Positions 1 through 13,059 are shown, counted from the first letter of the stretch. The stretch: DNA of 64,000 bases from Heterodontus francisci (GCF_036365525.1 NC_090382.1:94411982-94475981), one strand, 5' to 3'. Notes: a model not told the origin generated them from the sequence alone. Program-made: numbers and translations.

Positions 1-215
1 AAGGGGAGATAGGATTGGATGGAATTCTCATCACCATTGAAATCACTAGTATATTTGAAAGTGAACTCAAAAGAACTAAAATTGAGTAAGATCTGAAAGT
101 CCTGAAATCTCTTCCCAAATCTAGAATCCTTTTTTGAACAAATAGATGGAGTTTTATTTTGTCTTTCTACCACATCTGTCTCTCTATGTATGCCACTGTC
201 TGCTTATGTAACAGT

Positions 216-995
216 GTGGGCAATTTTCCCTGGATCCTTTAGGTGCTAAAGAGCCTCCCAAGGTAGCCAAGATGGAGGCTTATGCGGAAACACCAGCTTA
301 GCCTAGTTTTAACAGAAGACAGTAGCAGGATTTTATGCTCGATGTACAGAAAAAGAGACGCCGAGAACCCCACGTCACCTCATCTCTGGAAAGGCTGCCG
401 CATCTAGTGCCAATTAGGCACTTAAGTGGACAGCAGCAGGCCTTCCAGGGGAATCAAGGACCCAGGTACCAGAAGTCCTGCCCTCAGATAGCAGCCGGCC
501 AATCGGAGGCCAGCACAGGTAGGTCAGAGCAGGAGGGCTTTTGCAGGATGGGGGTCGTGGTGGGGGGGGGGGGGGGGGGGGGGGGGGGGCGCTAGCAAGG
601 GCAGGGGGGTGGCTCTCAGTGGGCCGCCCCGTTTTCGATGCTGGGCCCTTCGTTCAGGCACTGTGCCTTTTAATGAGGGACCCCACCTCCCACTGATGCC
701 AGGAAGCAGACCACACGGTTTCTCATGCCGTACTTCCTTTGCGGCGACAGGGCTGCCTGCCTCACAGCTAACTGTGCCTGATGTGGGAAAAGACCCTTAA
801 TTGGGGATTAATTGCCCAGTTAAGGGCTTCAATTGGTGGCGGGATGGGAAGATGGCTCACAGACCTTCCCATCCCAGATTAAATTTTGGTGGAGGCGGGA
901 AGGTGGTGGGAAGCCCCCTCCGCCACCATGCCACACAATTCTATGCTTTCACTACTTACAAACCCGCCACGGGGGGAGAGCATAAAATTCCCGCC
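216..995. mobile_element. GC-rich non-autonomous DNA transposon (Harbinger-like MITE), copy 1
   Basis: Imperfect terminal inverted repeats (GTGGGCAATTTT ... CATAAAATTCCCGCC). The internal CCAATTAGGCACTTAAGTGG / CCCTTAATTGG motifs are shared with the elements at 6171, 25596 and 41175. Confidence 0.65.
562..589 (+). repeat. poly-G homopolymer inside MITE
   Basis: Uninterrupted G run read directly from the sequence. Confidence 0.9.
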
Positions 996-1574
996 ATCTT
1001 CCTGGTAAAGGAGTTGAATTGCATGCAAGATACCACCACCCAGGGGTTGTCATTTAAAGTGCCTGCTAGGGCTCATTAAGGAGGCTGCACGACATTTTGG
1101 CAGTTAGCGTTTGTCTCAACACTCACTTCTAACAGCAACCACTTGTTTGGGAGTAAATAAGGTACTGATATGGATTTCAAGCGCTACTTGAAGGGATCCT
1201 CACAATCTCATGTTCACTTGCTGCTAAAGCTGTGAAGATGATCTCTCAAGCGCATTGTGGGGGTGGTGAGAACTTTATTCTCATGTGGATTCCCCAGGAG
1301 CAGGCGGTGCTGCAGGTTGTGCTTTACTTCATTGATATCATTGAGGAGTGTGGCATGGATGGCGCAAGTAATGGCCCAAGATGCTGCCTGCCTTGGTTAA
1401 TTCAAGCAAGTCTGTGTAAACAAACATATTTCTCACCTGGGAGGCTTTCTGGGACACTTTGTCAAGATTTCACCAACACTCTAGCAACATTTATTCTTCA
1501 AATTTTCTAAGACTTTCACCGAAAAAGAGTAAATGTTGTGCTACTCTACCTCGTTGCACATATTATAGGAGTCA

Positions 1575-1763
1575 TCAGGAGAAAGGGAGTGCTTGGCCAG
1601 CAGCATCTTGCCAGAGGGTCTCTCTTGGTTTGTAGGAGGAATGGGAGGAGGACATGAGGCCAGGCAGAGCAGCACCACCTGCTGGAGGACAGGAGACTGA
1701 GTTGGTCACAGGACATCTCTCCTCCACCAGAACCTCCAGTGTCACATCTGAGAACCTACTCAC
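1575..1763 (-). pseudogene. Degenerate Harbinger-type Myb/SANT-like DNA-binding gene, N-terminal fragment
   Basis: SRFSDVTLEVLVEE...LWQDAA resembles the 'RFS..EL..LV.EV ... W..IA' start of Harbinger-associated Myb/SANT proteins and the better copy at 30.5-30.8 kb. Confidence 0.4.
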
Positions 1764-2592
1764 TCAGGTCCTGAACCATTCTAAAACACAACCAGCACAC
1801 TCCACACCTTCAGTGAAAGTGGGAGAGTGGACCCCACATATACTACTGCATGAAAACTGTGTCCAATCAGCGCTTGATTGCTAAACCTGCAGGTGTCTAT
1901 GTTTTAGCACTTCCAGGCAGGTTCAAATTATAGTAATCGGCAATTCGGACTGAAATTGTGTGCTAAAACTAAACTTACAAACAGGCGCGACATATTAGCA
2001 CAACACCCATTTAGCACCCATTTTCACCTTTCACCAAAATAACCTCCTGGGTGTTCCCCACCACCTCACCACCCAACCCGCCCCCTGCAAACACCCCACC
2101 ATAGAAATATTTTCTTTTCATAAAAGTCATCGCAATGGGAAGCTCCTTCTTTGAAAAGTGCACCCAATGGGCCAAACCCATTTATAATCAGGCATATGAT
2201 TTTCCAAAAATCAAAAGTGAATAAAGATGGGCGAGGGGAGTGGGGGGGAAGGTGACCCTGCTCAAGTTTGATTTGGAAGCATCTAGTACATTTGGGACAT
2301 TTGCCAGTATTTTCATCACAATTCTGTGTTTCCACAGTTTCAGAAACAAAGCAATCACATCTATGAACCTGTTCAAAAATAATCTTCAATGCAAAGCCCA
2401 AAAGGAAAGTGCTACAAAATTTTAGTCTTAATTTTTTTTTGGAGGAGAGAGCAAAATGTCTTTCACAACACAATGCAATCCCCATTAGTATTCCAGGTAT
2501 CATCCTTTAACAGGAAAGGAATGGGAGGTGATTTCCCTCTTTTGCTGTATGCTTCTCTGGTGTAATGGGAGCTTCGGGTCTGGCCTGGTTAG

Positions 2593-3040
2593 CAACAACA
2601 ACAACTTATATTTATATAGCACCTTTAACGTAATAAAACACCCCAAAGCACTTTACAGGAGCATTATAAAACTAGGTATGCCACTGAGCCACAAAAGGTG
2701 TTATTCGGTCAGGTGACCGAAAGCTTGGTTAAAGAGGTAGGTTTTCAGAAGTGTCTTAAAGGAGGAAAGCAAGGTGGAGAGGCGGAGAGAGTGAGGGTAT
2801 TCCAGAGATTGGGCCTAGGCAACTAAAGGTGTGGCCACCAATGGTAGCGTAATTAAAATCAGGGATGCGCAAGAGGCCCGAACTGAAGGAGCGCAGATAT
2901 CTTGAAGGGTTGTGGGGCTGGAAAAGATTACAGAGATAGGGAGGGGCGAGGCCATGGAAGGATTTGAAAACAAGGCTGTGAATTTTAAAATCAAGATGTT
3001 GCTTGTCTGGGAGCCAACGTAGGCCAGTGAGCACAGGGAT
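2593..3040 (-). mobile_element. L2 LINE 3' end (continuation of 5014-5410)
   Basis: PVLTGLRWLP..HLDFKI..LVFKSFHGLAPPYL..L...PSRYLRS is the L2 ORF2 C-terminus. It ends in GCTATATAAATATAAG plus a (TTG)n tail on the minus strand. Confidence 0.9.
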
Positions 3041-3059
3041 TAAGTATGCAGGTCCAACT

Positions 3060-3688
3060 GGTGAGAGGATTCGAGTACAGAAGCAGGGACGTCTTGCTGC
3101 AATTATACAGGGCCTTGGTGAGGCCACACCTGGAATATTGTGTGCAGTTTTGGTCTCCTTATCTGAGGAAGGATGTTCTTGCGATAGAGGAAGTGCAGCG
3201 AAGGTTTACCAGACTGATTTGTGGGATGGCGGGACTGACGTATGAGGAGAGATTGAGTCGGTTAGTATTATATTCGCTGGAGTTCTGAAGAGTGAGGCGG
3301 GATCTCATAGAAACCTAAAAAATTCGAACAAGACTTGACAGGGTAGATGCAGGAAGGATGTTCCCGATGGTGGGGGAGTCCAGAACCAGGGGTCATAGTC
3401 TAAGGATACGGGGTAAACCATTCAGGACTGAGATGAGGAGAAATTTCTCCACCCAGAGAGTGGTGAACCTGTGGAATTCACTACCACAGAAAGCAGTTGA
3501 GGCCAAAACATTGTATGCTTTCAAAAAGGAGTTAGATATAGCTCTTGGGTTTAAAGGGATCAAAGGATATGGGGAGAAAGCGGGAACAGGTTACTGAGTT
3601 GGATGATCAGCCATGATCATAATGAATGGCAGAGCAGGCTCGAAGGGCCAAATGGCCCACTCCTGCTCCTATTTTCTATGTTTCTATT
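3060..3688 (+). mobile_element. CR1 (HER1-like) LINE 3' fragment
   Basis: LYRALVRPHLEYCVQFWSPYLRKD, TRGHSLRI and FSTQRVVNLWNSLP motifs, with premature stops and a (TTTCTAT)-type tail. Confidence 0.92.
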
Positions 3689-3689
3689 T

Positions 3690-5012
3690 TTTTTTATTCA
3701 TTCATGGGATGTGGGCGTCACTGGCTAGGCCAGCATTTATTGCCCATCCCGAATTGCCCTCGAGAAGGTGATGGTGAGCTGCCTTCTTGAACCGCTGCAG
3801 TCCATGTAAGGTAGGTACACCCACAGTGCTGTTAGGAAGGGAGTTCCAGGATTTTGACCAAGCGACGGTGAAGGAACGGCGATCCAAGTCAGGATGATGT
3901 GTGACTTGGATGGGAACTTGCAGGTGGTGATGTTCCCATGCATCTGCTGCTCTTGTCCTTCGTGGTGGTAGAGGTCACGGGTTTGGAAGGTGCTGTCGAA
4001 GGAGCCTTGGTGCATTGCTGCAGTACATCTTGTAGACGGTACACACTGCTGCCACTGTGCATCGGTGGTGGAGGGAGTGAGTATTGAAGGTGGTGGATGG
4101 TGTGCCAATCAAGCGGGCTGCTTTGTCCTGGATGGTGTCGAGCTTCTTGAGTGTTGTTGGAGCTGCACCCATCCAGGCAAGTAGACAGTATTCTATCACA
4201 TTCCTGAATGGTGCCTTGTAGATGGTGGACAGGCTTTGGGGAGTCAGGAGGTGAGTTACTTGCCGCAGGATTCCTAGCCTCTGACCTGTTCTTGTAGCCA
4301 CGGTATTTGTATGGCTACTCCAGTTCAGTTTCAGGTCAATGGTAGCCCCTAGGATGTTGATAGTGGGGGATTCAGCGATGGTAATGCCATTGAATGTCAA
4401 TGGGAGATGGTTAGATTCTCTCTTGTTGGAAATGGTCATTGCCTGGCACTTGTGTGGCGCAAATGTTACTTGCCACTTATCAGCCCGAGCCTGGATATTG
4501 TCCAGGTTTTGCTGCATTTCTACATGGACTGCTTCAGTATTTGAGGAGTCGCGAATGGTGCTGAACATTGTGCAATCATGAGCGAACATCCCCACTTCTG
4601 ACCTTATGATTGAAGGAAGGTCATTGATGAAGCAGCTGAAGATGTTTGGGCCTTGGACACTAACCTGAGGAACTCCTGCAGTGATGTCCTGGAGCTCAGA
4701 TGATTGACCTCCAACAACCACAGCCATCTTCCTTTGCGCTAGGTATGACTCCAACCAGCAGAGAGTTTTCCCCCTGATTCCCATTGACTCCAGTTTTGCT
4801 CGGGCTCCTTGATGCCATACTTGGTCAAATACTGCCTTGATGTAAAAGGGCAGTCACTCTCACCTCACCTCTTGAGTTCAGCTCTTTTGTCCATGTTTGA
4901 ACCAAGGCAGTAATGAGATCAGGAGCTAAGTGGCCCTGGCGGAACACAAACTGAGCATCACTGAGCACGTTATTGCTAAGCAAGTGCTGCTTGGTGGCAC
5001 AGTTGATGACTC
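3690..5012 (-). mobile_element. CR1-clade LINE (second family), RT and 3' UTR, 5'-truncated
   Basis: ORF 3975-4784 has AGVPQ.S..GP..F..FINDL, a decayed FADD (FAHD) and WQVTFAPHKC. The 3' UTR GGCAATT.GGGATGGGCAATAAATGCTGGCC recurs elsewhere in the window. Confidence 0.9.
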
Positions 5013-5013
5013 T

Positions 5014-5410
5014 ATGATTACAGGGGAACGGGACACGGTGCAAGTTATGACACAGTCAGCAGAGTTGTGGGTGACCTCAAGTATACGGAGAGTAGAATGT
5101 GTGAGACCAGCCACGGATGCATTGAAATAGTCAAGACTCGAGGAAATGAAGGCATGAGTGAGGGTTTCAGCAGCAGATGAGCAGAGACAGGGGCGAAGTT
5201 GAGTCATGCTACAGAGGTGAAAATGGGCAGTCTTAGTGATCGCACAAATATGAGGTCGTAAGCTCACCTCGGGGTCAAATGTAACACCAAGGTTGCGAAC
5301 ACACTGCCTTAGTCTCAGATTGTTGCCAGGGAGAGGAATGAAGTCAGTAGCTAGGGAACGGAGTTTGGAGCAGGGACCAAAAACAAAGGCTTCAGTCTTC
5401 CCAATATTTA
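5014..5410 (-). mobile_element. L2 LINE ORF2 fragment (upstream half of the split L2)
   Basis: ITKTAHFHL..LRPCL.SSAAETLTHAFISSSLDYFN is the L2 RT C-terminal region. It ends at SPVI, which joins PVLTGL at 3040. Confidence 0.88.
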
Positions 5411-6170
5411 ATTATCAGTTGGAATAGAAAAGTACTGCAGATGATAAAGTAAACAAAACACATAGTGAAAGCACAAACCTATCCTTAAATAGTTTTGAAA
5501 GGCAAAGAGAACAAAAAAAATGCAAAATGTGGAAATCAAGTATTCCAAGTGTGCCCCATGCCTCTTACCAGAACAGTTTGAGACTGACAGCGAGAGAGGG
5601 ATATCTGTGGATTTTTTTTGGCTGCTATCCTGCATAAATAACTATATAATATGAAGTCTTTTCTTTCACTTGTGCATACTATCTCTCCCACATATCACAG
5701 ATGTCATATTCTAGGTACAACAATTATGAAAACCTGTGACTGATTAATCATGAACTATGATTGATTATTAATTTAAAATACTGCTGTCAAGGAATGAAAG
5801 ACCAAATGTAATGGGATTCTGAAGGTTGACACAAATTAACTTCATCTGAGCTTGCCTCCCTCAGGATTTCATATGTGTCTTACATTACTGCAGTTTCTAA
5901 AACTTCCATTCTTCACATTTGTCATGAATGCATACATTAAAATGGCTTCTAAAACAAATTACAACTTAGCATATCCTTTATATACTTTGGTCCTTGAGGC
6001 AATAATGTCATCTGTGCTGAATAAATTGGTTACTTATCCACTACCAACTCTTGCACTCAGAGGCAATGCAATTCTTCCCGGCTTTCTTTTGCTTTGGATA
6101 GGCCCTGTGCTACATGCCATATCTCCTCTCCTTCCATTGATATAATTGGCTTCCAAATTGCACACAATTG

Positions 6171-6893
6171 GGCTGGATATTATGGAGTCGGTGGGGGTCC
6201 CAATAGGCGAGGGGAACCCTGCCATGGCCCTTTGGAAATCCACCCCACTGCCCCCTACCCCCTCAACTGGCTCTATTTAATGGCACTCGGGTCTCCGTTT
6301 CTTTAAGGATGAGGATGCTGCCTCCAAGATGCTGCCAATCAGAGAGCCGGCAGCTCAGTAGTATCAGCAGTGCCACTGGGAGTGATGGCAAGTGCCGGTA
6401 CTACAAGAGGCCCAGGACCACGAACAGCTATGGAGCCCCGGACCCCAGGGAAGTGTAGCGGGGTCAATGGGGCCAGACTTGCAAACCCCAGGTGATTGTT
6501 GAGGGCAGTGGGGGCTTGTTAGTGGAGAGGCAGCCTTTTCCACCAGGGGCCCTCCATGGGCCACAGTTTGCACATGGAGGAGGCCCCCCCACCCACCAAG
6601 CCCGCAGGGAGTCCGCCTTATTTTACTGGGCGACCTCCCCAAGTGGCAGAGCTCCCACCAGCCACTGGCAAAATAACAGAGGTGGCAGTAAGAGGCCCTT
6701 AAGTGGAGATTAATTGGCCACTTAAGGCCTATATTGGACTTTGGGCGGGAAGGCCATTTTCGCCCTTCCCCACCCCAAACTAAATTTTAAAGCACCGGGA
6801 TGGTGACGGGCACTCAGTTCCCCACCTTCCCTTGGAATTTTATGGCTCTCCCCGCCTCTGTTCTTATCCCTCGGGGGCCCATAAAATTCAGCC
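6171..6893. mobile_element. Harbinger-like MITE, copy 2
   Basis: TIRs GGCTGGATATTATGG / CCATAAAATTCAGCC and the shared internal CCCTTAAGTGG..TTAATTGGCCACTTAAGG motif. Confidence 0.75.
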
Positions 6894-7691
6894 ATATATG
6901 GTCTTAGTTGAGCATGCTATATCCAGCAGTGAGAAGCACGTATATTTTATACACAAATGTTTTTGCACAACATCAGATCTAAATTTAGACATTAATGTTC
7001 CCATGTCATTATCAGACTTTGCTCGTCGACTGCATACAATTTTCCTGATTTCTTTCACCTGGCTATAAAAGTGAAAACATACAATAACTTGTATAGATAT
7101 TTGTTAAGTAATGAAGAAATACAATTGTTGCACCTGACTGAGACAGACATGCCTCATCAAACCACATGTATCTCTTTCACAATGGGACTCGTGCAATGAA
7201 AATTGTTGGTTTGGCGACAGCTGGTTACATCTCTATTGGAGATGCATACATCTTGCCGGTTCTGCTTAATGCACCCTGTAGTGTCCAGTTTTAAAATCAC
7301 GGCAATTTGCTAATGGACTACTAATGGCCATTAGGATATAATACTCCCTCTCATTTCCCTGAAGAGTACTGACTTTCCTTATTTTTCTGGTATATCTGTA
7401 TATGGTTAGAATGTGCTGTAAACTGTTGACATTATAGTCATAATGGGACAACGCACAAGCTTTTGAGATATGAATACATATTAATTCAGTTCCCCAAGTG
7501 CCTGAGCAGCCCCAACAGCAGCAGCATATTTGGGTATGGTTACCGACAATGGAGATTTGAAATCATTCCATGACAGAAAAAGGTCAACCGTTATGGTAAA
7601 AATGAAAGTGCAAACAGTTACCATCACTCAGCAAGTATTTCCCCTTTAACTGTTTGAAATCAGTACTTATTATTATTCTTGCTGCAGTGAC

Positions 7692-7924
7692 TCAATTTCC
7701 ACCGAACAGACTGGGCCTGTGATGCCACCCACAGCACATTTTAAAAAATTGCATTTTTGTGCGAGGATGGGTTTTCTTCCCGATTTCTTTAGAGCATAAA
7801 TCTACATTCAAAAAATGTAATCCCTTCACTTCAGTGCTGCTAGTACCTGCTCTCTTGGTGTGCTTTTTTAGTTTTATCGAGTTGTATCTCAAGTTGATGT
7901 TTGTGCTAGTACCGAGAATGGATG
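7692..7924 (-). CDS. Putative terminal coding exon of an unidentified gene (ASILGTSTNINLRYNS...FFKMCCGWHHRPSLFGGN*)
   Basis: Stop-free frame in unique sequence. The AG acceptor at 7926-7925 (phase 1) or the upstream CAG (phase 0) both fit the preceding candidate exons, but the polypyrimidine tract is weak. Confidence 0.45.
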
Positions 7925-8337
7925 CTATCACTAACTGTTCAATGATGCAGCATGCAGAATAAACTATGTCCTTAGTGTCATAAAGGGCAGTTTTCCTCCA
8001 CAGTCTGTAAGAAACAAACTTCCAAACCTATTAAAGTAGAATAGTTTTACAATTTCACTACATGTGGCACATGAAGAGGATATTCTTTCCTGGTGTCTAA
8101 AACTGGCTATTGAAGCTTCAGAAAATCTTGTGTTGCCAAAATTCTGTTTCAGAACTGCAAATAATTTCCTTACTATACTCTCCTGTAAATCATGTTTGTG
8201 ACAGGATTACCCTGCCCTGATATCATCGCCTCAGTTCTATCTTTCCGTGTTACGTTTAATCAGCATCGGTGCTGTTTTCATTTTATTGACAGCACAATAT
8301 ATGACAGATGACAGACAGCAAGTCTATAAATTAATAC

Positions 8338-8374
8338 CTTGGCTTGGGTTTCTTTTTATTTGGTGACAAAACAG
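8338..8374 (-). CDS. Putative 37-nt exon (LFCHQIKRNPSQ), phase 0 to 1
   Basis: ttgttatacttgtcactag| ... AAG|gtatta. Phases match both neighbours. Confidence 0.4.
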
Positions 8375-9201
8375 CTAGTGACAAGTATAACAAGCACCAA
8401 CGTCTTGTAAAATAAGTCCTTGTGTTGTTGAGACTCCAGAAAGGTTTAGCGATGTCATACATGGGATGAGTTAACCAATGAGTAACAGTTATGGATCTCT
8501 CCAACTCTGTTGGACATGTTCCAACAATTTGGGTTGTCTAGTTGCGCACACTTCTGTGTACAAGACTAAAGAGTTCCAAAGGGTAATAACACTGCATGAA
8601 ATAGTTCTATATGCAGTGGTGCATGAGGCTTTTCTGCAAGTCTTCTATGCCCTTCACTGATAATCAGGATTATCAATGGCAACCAGATAGAAGTGACAGT
8701 TTTGTACTATAGATCATCCCACATTTTAAAGTCCCTATATATACAATGCATGGATCAGGAATGCAAGCCTGGGGCTTTCATTTAAAAGGTGGGTGAACGG
8801 AAATATGGTTACAAACAGTGGATTTAAATATATATATATTATATGTATACATGTTAACAATCTGCACAACCACAAATCATTCTATTTTAGTAATCTAGGT
8901 TCATTTGATTATTCTCAATTTTCTGGAGTAGACTTGAATATAAATCTATTTATCATAGCATCCCCAGTTGTTAGTAAGTAATTTTATTCATCTGAATTGA
9001 TTTACCCTCCGAATATATTTTAACAAGTTGTCCCAGTTACTCCTTGTTCTTTTTCCTTTAAAATTGTTAATTGTGAAGTTAACACTTGTCATGATGTTCA
9101 TGGGATAAGTGTTAGTGGGTAAAAAAAAAATCACCTGAATCTTACAGATCAGGCAGCTCGCCAGTTTAACTACTATTCTGTGCTTAATCAATTAATCTCA
9201 C

Positions 9202-9242
9202 CTTGGATGATAGTGGAAACAGAACAAATGGCTTCAGTGCTT
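9202..9242 (-). CDS. Putative 41-nt exon (EALKPFVLFPLSSK), phase 1 to 0
   Basis: Strong sites: tttccccccatctttgttcag| ... AAG|gtgaga. Confidence 0.55.
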
Positions 9243-9353
9243 CTGAACAAAGATGGGGGGAAATAAATCAACCAGGATTCTTGATGAGTAGTATGTGTGT
9301 ACCATCTGGTGTGGACAGGTTTGGGATTGTTGTTCATGATTCCCCCCCATCCG

Positions 9354-9375
9354 CCCCCCCCCCCCCCCCCCCCCC
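9354..9375 (+). repeat. poly-C homopolymer
   Basis: C run read directly from the sequence. Confidence 0.9.
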
Positions 9376-9938
9376 ACCCCATGCACGATCAACGCACTGA
9401 AAGCTGCTGGTATTTGTGAAACCATATTGCAGCAGGAGTCACCAATTCCAGCAAATAAGGGAAGAAAGTTGGAAAAGAAAAGCTGTGATTCAACACAAAA
9501 TTCCTGCTCCCTAGGTACAGAGCAAGTTAAAGTGTGGCTTATAGGTAGCATGTTCTGCTAAACTATTCTATAGTGTTTAAGATTGTGGGGCAGTTTGAAT
9601 GAACAACTTGCATGTTAATATCCCAACAATATCTTTGAGTGACGTAGGAAAGATATTACTAAAAACTACAAATCAACTTCAACTACATACACAGCTTGTA
9701 AAATGTGCTCCTTTGCAAACTTGTAACAACTCTATATTTGCCATTGCACAAAGACTAGGTTGCAAAATGAACTGCCATTATGAAAAATAACATGGGAACC
9801 TCAGCAGTCCTACTTGACTAAATAATATCCTAGTTTAGTTGGCCAGGGCTAGGAAATGTCAAATCTTGGCTCATTAGCAACATTATAAATTAACACAATC
9901 ATTTCTTGTTGACAAATTCTATTAACAGGTTTACTCAC

Positions 9939-9978
9939 CAGAATGGGTCCACACGTTCCTGAATACATCATCTTTTGC
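9939..9978 (-). CDS. Putative 40-nt exon (AKDDVFRNVWTHS), phase 0 to 1
   Basis: Consensus donor CTG|gtgagt with a weaker acceptor (gatatgtaaag|). The frame is open and phase-compatible. Confidence 0.55.
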
Positions 9979-10187
9979 CTTTACATATCAATAAGTGTCA
10001 ACTTTCACAATAACATTTTAAAAATGACTTAACAGTTACAATGATATCAAATTAATTATCTCAAATAGAAATTGGGGGAAGAAAAATTCCTGGAAAGGAA
10101 TTTTTAAGTTCAGTCAAAGAACATTGACATAAACTGATGTCTCAATTATTATGCAAGGAATGAAATAATGATAAATGTTTTCCTTAC

Positions 10188-10264
10188 CCACTTGTTTTCT
10201 CCTTTTCTTTCTGTTCCACTTCCGTGAAAGTCAATCAGGGCTTTCTGAATGTCCTCAGTGATGC
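10188..10264 (-). CDS. Putative 77-nt exon (GITEDIQKALIDFHGSGTERKGENKW), phase 1 to 0
   Basis: Long pyrimidine tract then aag|, donor TGG|gtaagg. Only one of three frames is open, and it is the one that fits the downstream exons. Confidence 0.55.
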
Positions 10265-11279
10265 CTTTGGTATCGAAACAAAGACAGACAAAATAAAAAC
10301 ATTATATCCCACAGAGCCTACTACAAAGTACAAATAACTAAGGTTTTCTCACTGAGATCATTGATACATGTCAAACTCCAGGTTGTCTTCTTAACTAAGC
10401 ATGTGACCTGACTTGTTAGAACTCCTAAGGATTTCAAAAAAAAAGGTACAAATTCAGTACGATGAAGACATTTTCACCAATTTGTTTCTCACATAAAAGG
10501 TGGCAACACCAATCTCACTTTGAAAAGATACTATGTTCCTCAAGTCACAGCAGGCTTCTGAAGTTGGCAGGCAACAGCAGCGGTGTCTCAGCTCTCTGAG
10601 GCACAGGGAAATAGGAACACTTCCAAAAGACCCTTTACTATTGAGGAATATGCTGTTATTTTCTCATTGCTGCCATTGAGAAACTCAAGGGGAATAGTGA
10701 CCTGAATTTAGTTTCTACGTTATTTTTGTGTGTGTAGCACATTCAACTGAGTGAGTTTGAGTAAAGCTCTCTCTCTTTACTATCACACTCTTTGAAGGCA
10801 TTTGGAATGGTTAGACAGTTGCATAATTTTCTCTACATATTGAATGTTTGTGCAGGGCATAAATAAATGCATTCACTGCTGTCCAGGAATTGTCAGGCAA
10901 CTTTTGTTGCAAGAGTAGGAAAGTTAAGAATCCCACTTGCCCCATTTACACAATGATGTCTACCCCAGTTTTTAATTTTATTTCTGGTGACCCTGCCTTT
11001 TCATTTGGCCAGAATGATCATGGAATAAAATATTACATTAGTGTCAAATGTGATTCTCTCGTCAGCACTGTCAAAAGAACTAAATGCACACACAAGGGTC
11101 ATCTGACTGTTTAGAAGTCTCAAAGTGCTTTGAAGTCCAATAACTCATACCATGTTTCAAAATAGCAGCTACTTAGCACACAGCAAGACTCCACAAACAA
11201 GTTAATCTGTTTTTAGTGGTATCGCATGAGGGAAATATGTTGGCCATGACATCGGAAAAACTATAAATGTACATCTATG

Positions 11280-12420
11280 ACCGAGATTCACTCAGAAACT
11301 CAATATAAATTGGCCAACATTTCAGATAATACCAAAGTAGAAAGAGCAGCAAAGTTGGAGGAAGCAAATCAGAAATTACAGAATGAGTTTGATAAAATTT
11401 GTAAGTGGACAGGACAATGGCAGCTGAAATGTAACACACACAAGTGTGAAGTGCTGCACATAGAAAGGAAAATTAGGCAGCACCCATATACCATGAATGG
11501 TATTAAAATAGCTAAGGGTGAGGTTGATAAAGACCTCAGAGTCTGAGCAAACTCTACACACAACATATGCAAGTAACAATCAAAAGAGCCAATAGAATAT
11601 TGAACTATCCTGAACTCTCCATTGCTCTGTCACTAGTCTCCTGTACATCCCTTCGTCCATCATAGGCGGTAGTGCATTCTGCCACCTAGACACCATGTTC
11701 TGGAATTCTGTATCCAAGCCCTTCCATCTCACTTCCTTTGTGACTTGCTGGAAAACCCAATTTCCAAAGAAGCTTTTGCTCATCCCTCCTAATATTCCCT
11801 TCGTTGGCTAGGCATCTATTTAATTTTGATTATGTCTCAGTGAAGCACCTTGTGATGTTTTTCTTTGAAGTGAAAAGACATGCAATTTGTTGTCATTGTG
11901 CATAACCAAATAGGAGCATACATAACAGAAGTTGTGCTCAAAATGTACAGTACATTGGTCAGACCAATTCTGCATTCAGTTCTGATTGCAAAGAAATAAG
12001 ATAAATTCAAGAACAGGAAGCAATACAGGTAAGAGCCATGCTAATTCCTGGTGTCAAATGTATGGGTTATGAGGAAACACAAGAAATTTGGGTATTTCAG
12101 ACTGGAGAGGAGGTATCCAAGAGGTGATCCTATAAAGATATATAAGGGAATGGAAAAAGTAAATCCAGAATATTACTCTGTGAGATCAGGACAAGAGACA
12201 CAGACTCAAGATAGTAAAAAGTTAACTTAGCAGTGATTTCAGGAAATTCTTCCTCACAAAAAGAATACTCCACACATGCAGCAGACTTCCAGATAAAAGT
12301 TGAGAAGGCTAAACCCTGGAATGATTTAAGAAAAAGTTGTACACTGCAACAGGGTAACTGTAAGGACTTTCTGGATGAATGGATTAAGATGGGTCGATTC
12401 ACTTTTCTCATCTATAATTA
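11280..12420 (+). mobile_element. Old degraded CR1 LINE, interrupted at about 11600-11890 by an L2-like 3' fragment
   Basis: ISDNTKV ... LQNEFDKICKWTGQWQLKCNTHKCEVLHI ... DKDLRV is a decayed CR1 RT C-terminus. CR1-like sequence resumes near 11900. Confidence 0.7.
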
Positions 12421-12640
12421 TCATTGAAATTATATAATCTTTAACAATCATCCCTTAGAGTGCAGCATTTCCTTAATACTGTTAGCCTAGGATATGAGAT
12501 CAAATCGTGAAGGTGAGAGGGCTACCAACTCAGCTGAGCTAATACATGTTGTCACACTAAAATAGCCTTATTTTCAATGGGATATGTACAAAATTCTTCT
12601 CCACAGCATATTTTAGGAATGGAATCCTTAAAATCATTAC

Positions 12641-12674
12641 CATGATGTCCAGTATTGTTGTGAAGTGCTGACAG
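12641..12674 (-). CDS. Putative 34-nt exon (LSALHNNTGHH), phase 0 to 1
   Basis: ttttcttcaagtag| ... ATG|gtaatg. It fits only if the distal TAG of an AAGTAG tandem acceptor is used. Confidence 0.35.
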
Positions 12675-13059
12675 CTACTTGAAGAAAATGCTGCTGCAAG
12701 AGCACCCAAAGTAATCAAATTGAACAATTAAGCTCTAACCTGACTGGAGGAGGTAGCTTATGAGTGACTCTCCTTCGGAAATGTCCTCTCTTCTTTACTG
12801 GCATTCACTTGGATTCTGATACTGCCACAACCAAGATCAGGATCATTGTTTACTAGTGTCTGAAAAGCCCTACAGAACATGTCTCACAGTATTATTTCTC
12901 AATAAAGTCCATGCCTGCTATTGGCCTTACCACTATAACTGGAGGGAACAAGTGCTACTTTGCTTAATTTTGAAGTGGTTGCGTACAGCTGGTGAGAAAG
13001 TTCCCTGTAGAATTGTTCCACAGTTGATCGCTCTCTGAAACACTTTCAAATGAACACAT

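Noticed and set aside
562-589. G-quadruplex function for the poly-G and poly-C runs (also 9354-9375)
   Set aside because: Homopolymer expansions, whose length may be a sequencing artefact, with no evidence of function.
335-1079. Three consecutive plus-strand ORFs resembling an operon
   Set aside because: They are chance ORFs within a GC-rich MITE in a eukaryotic genome.
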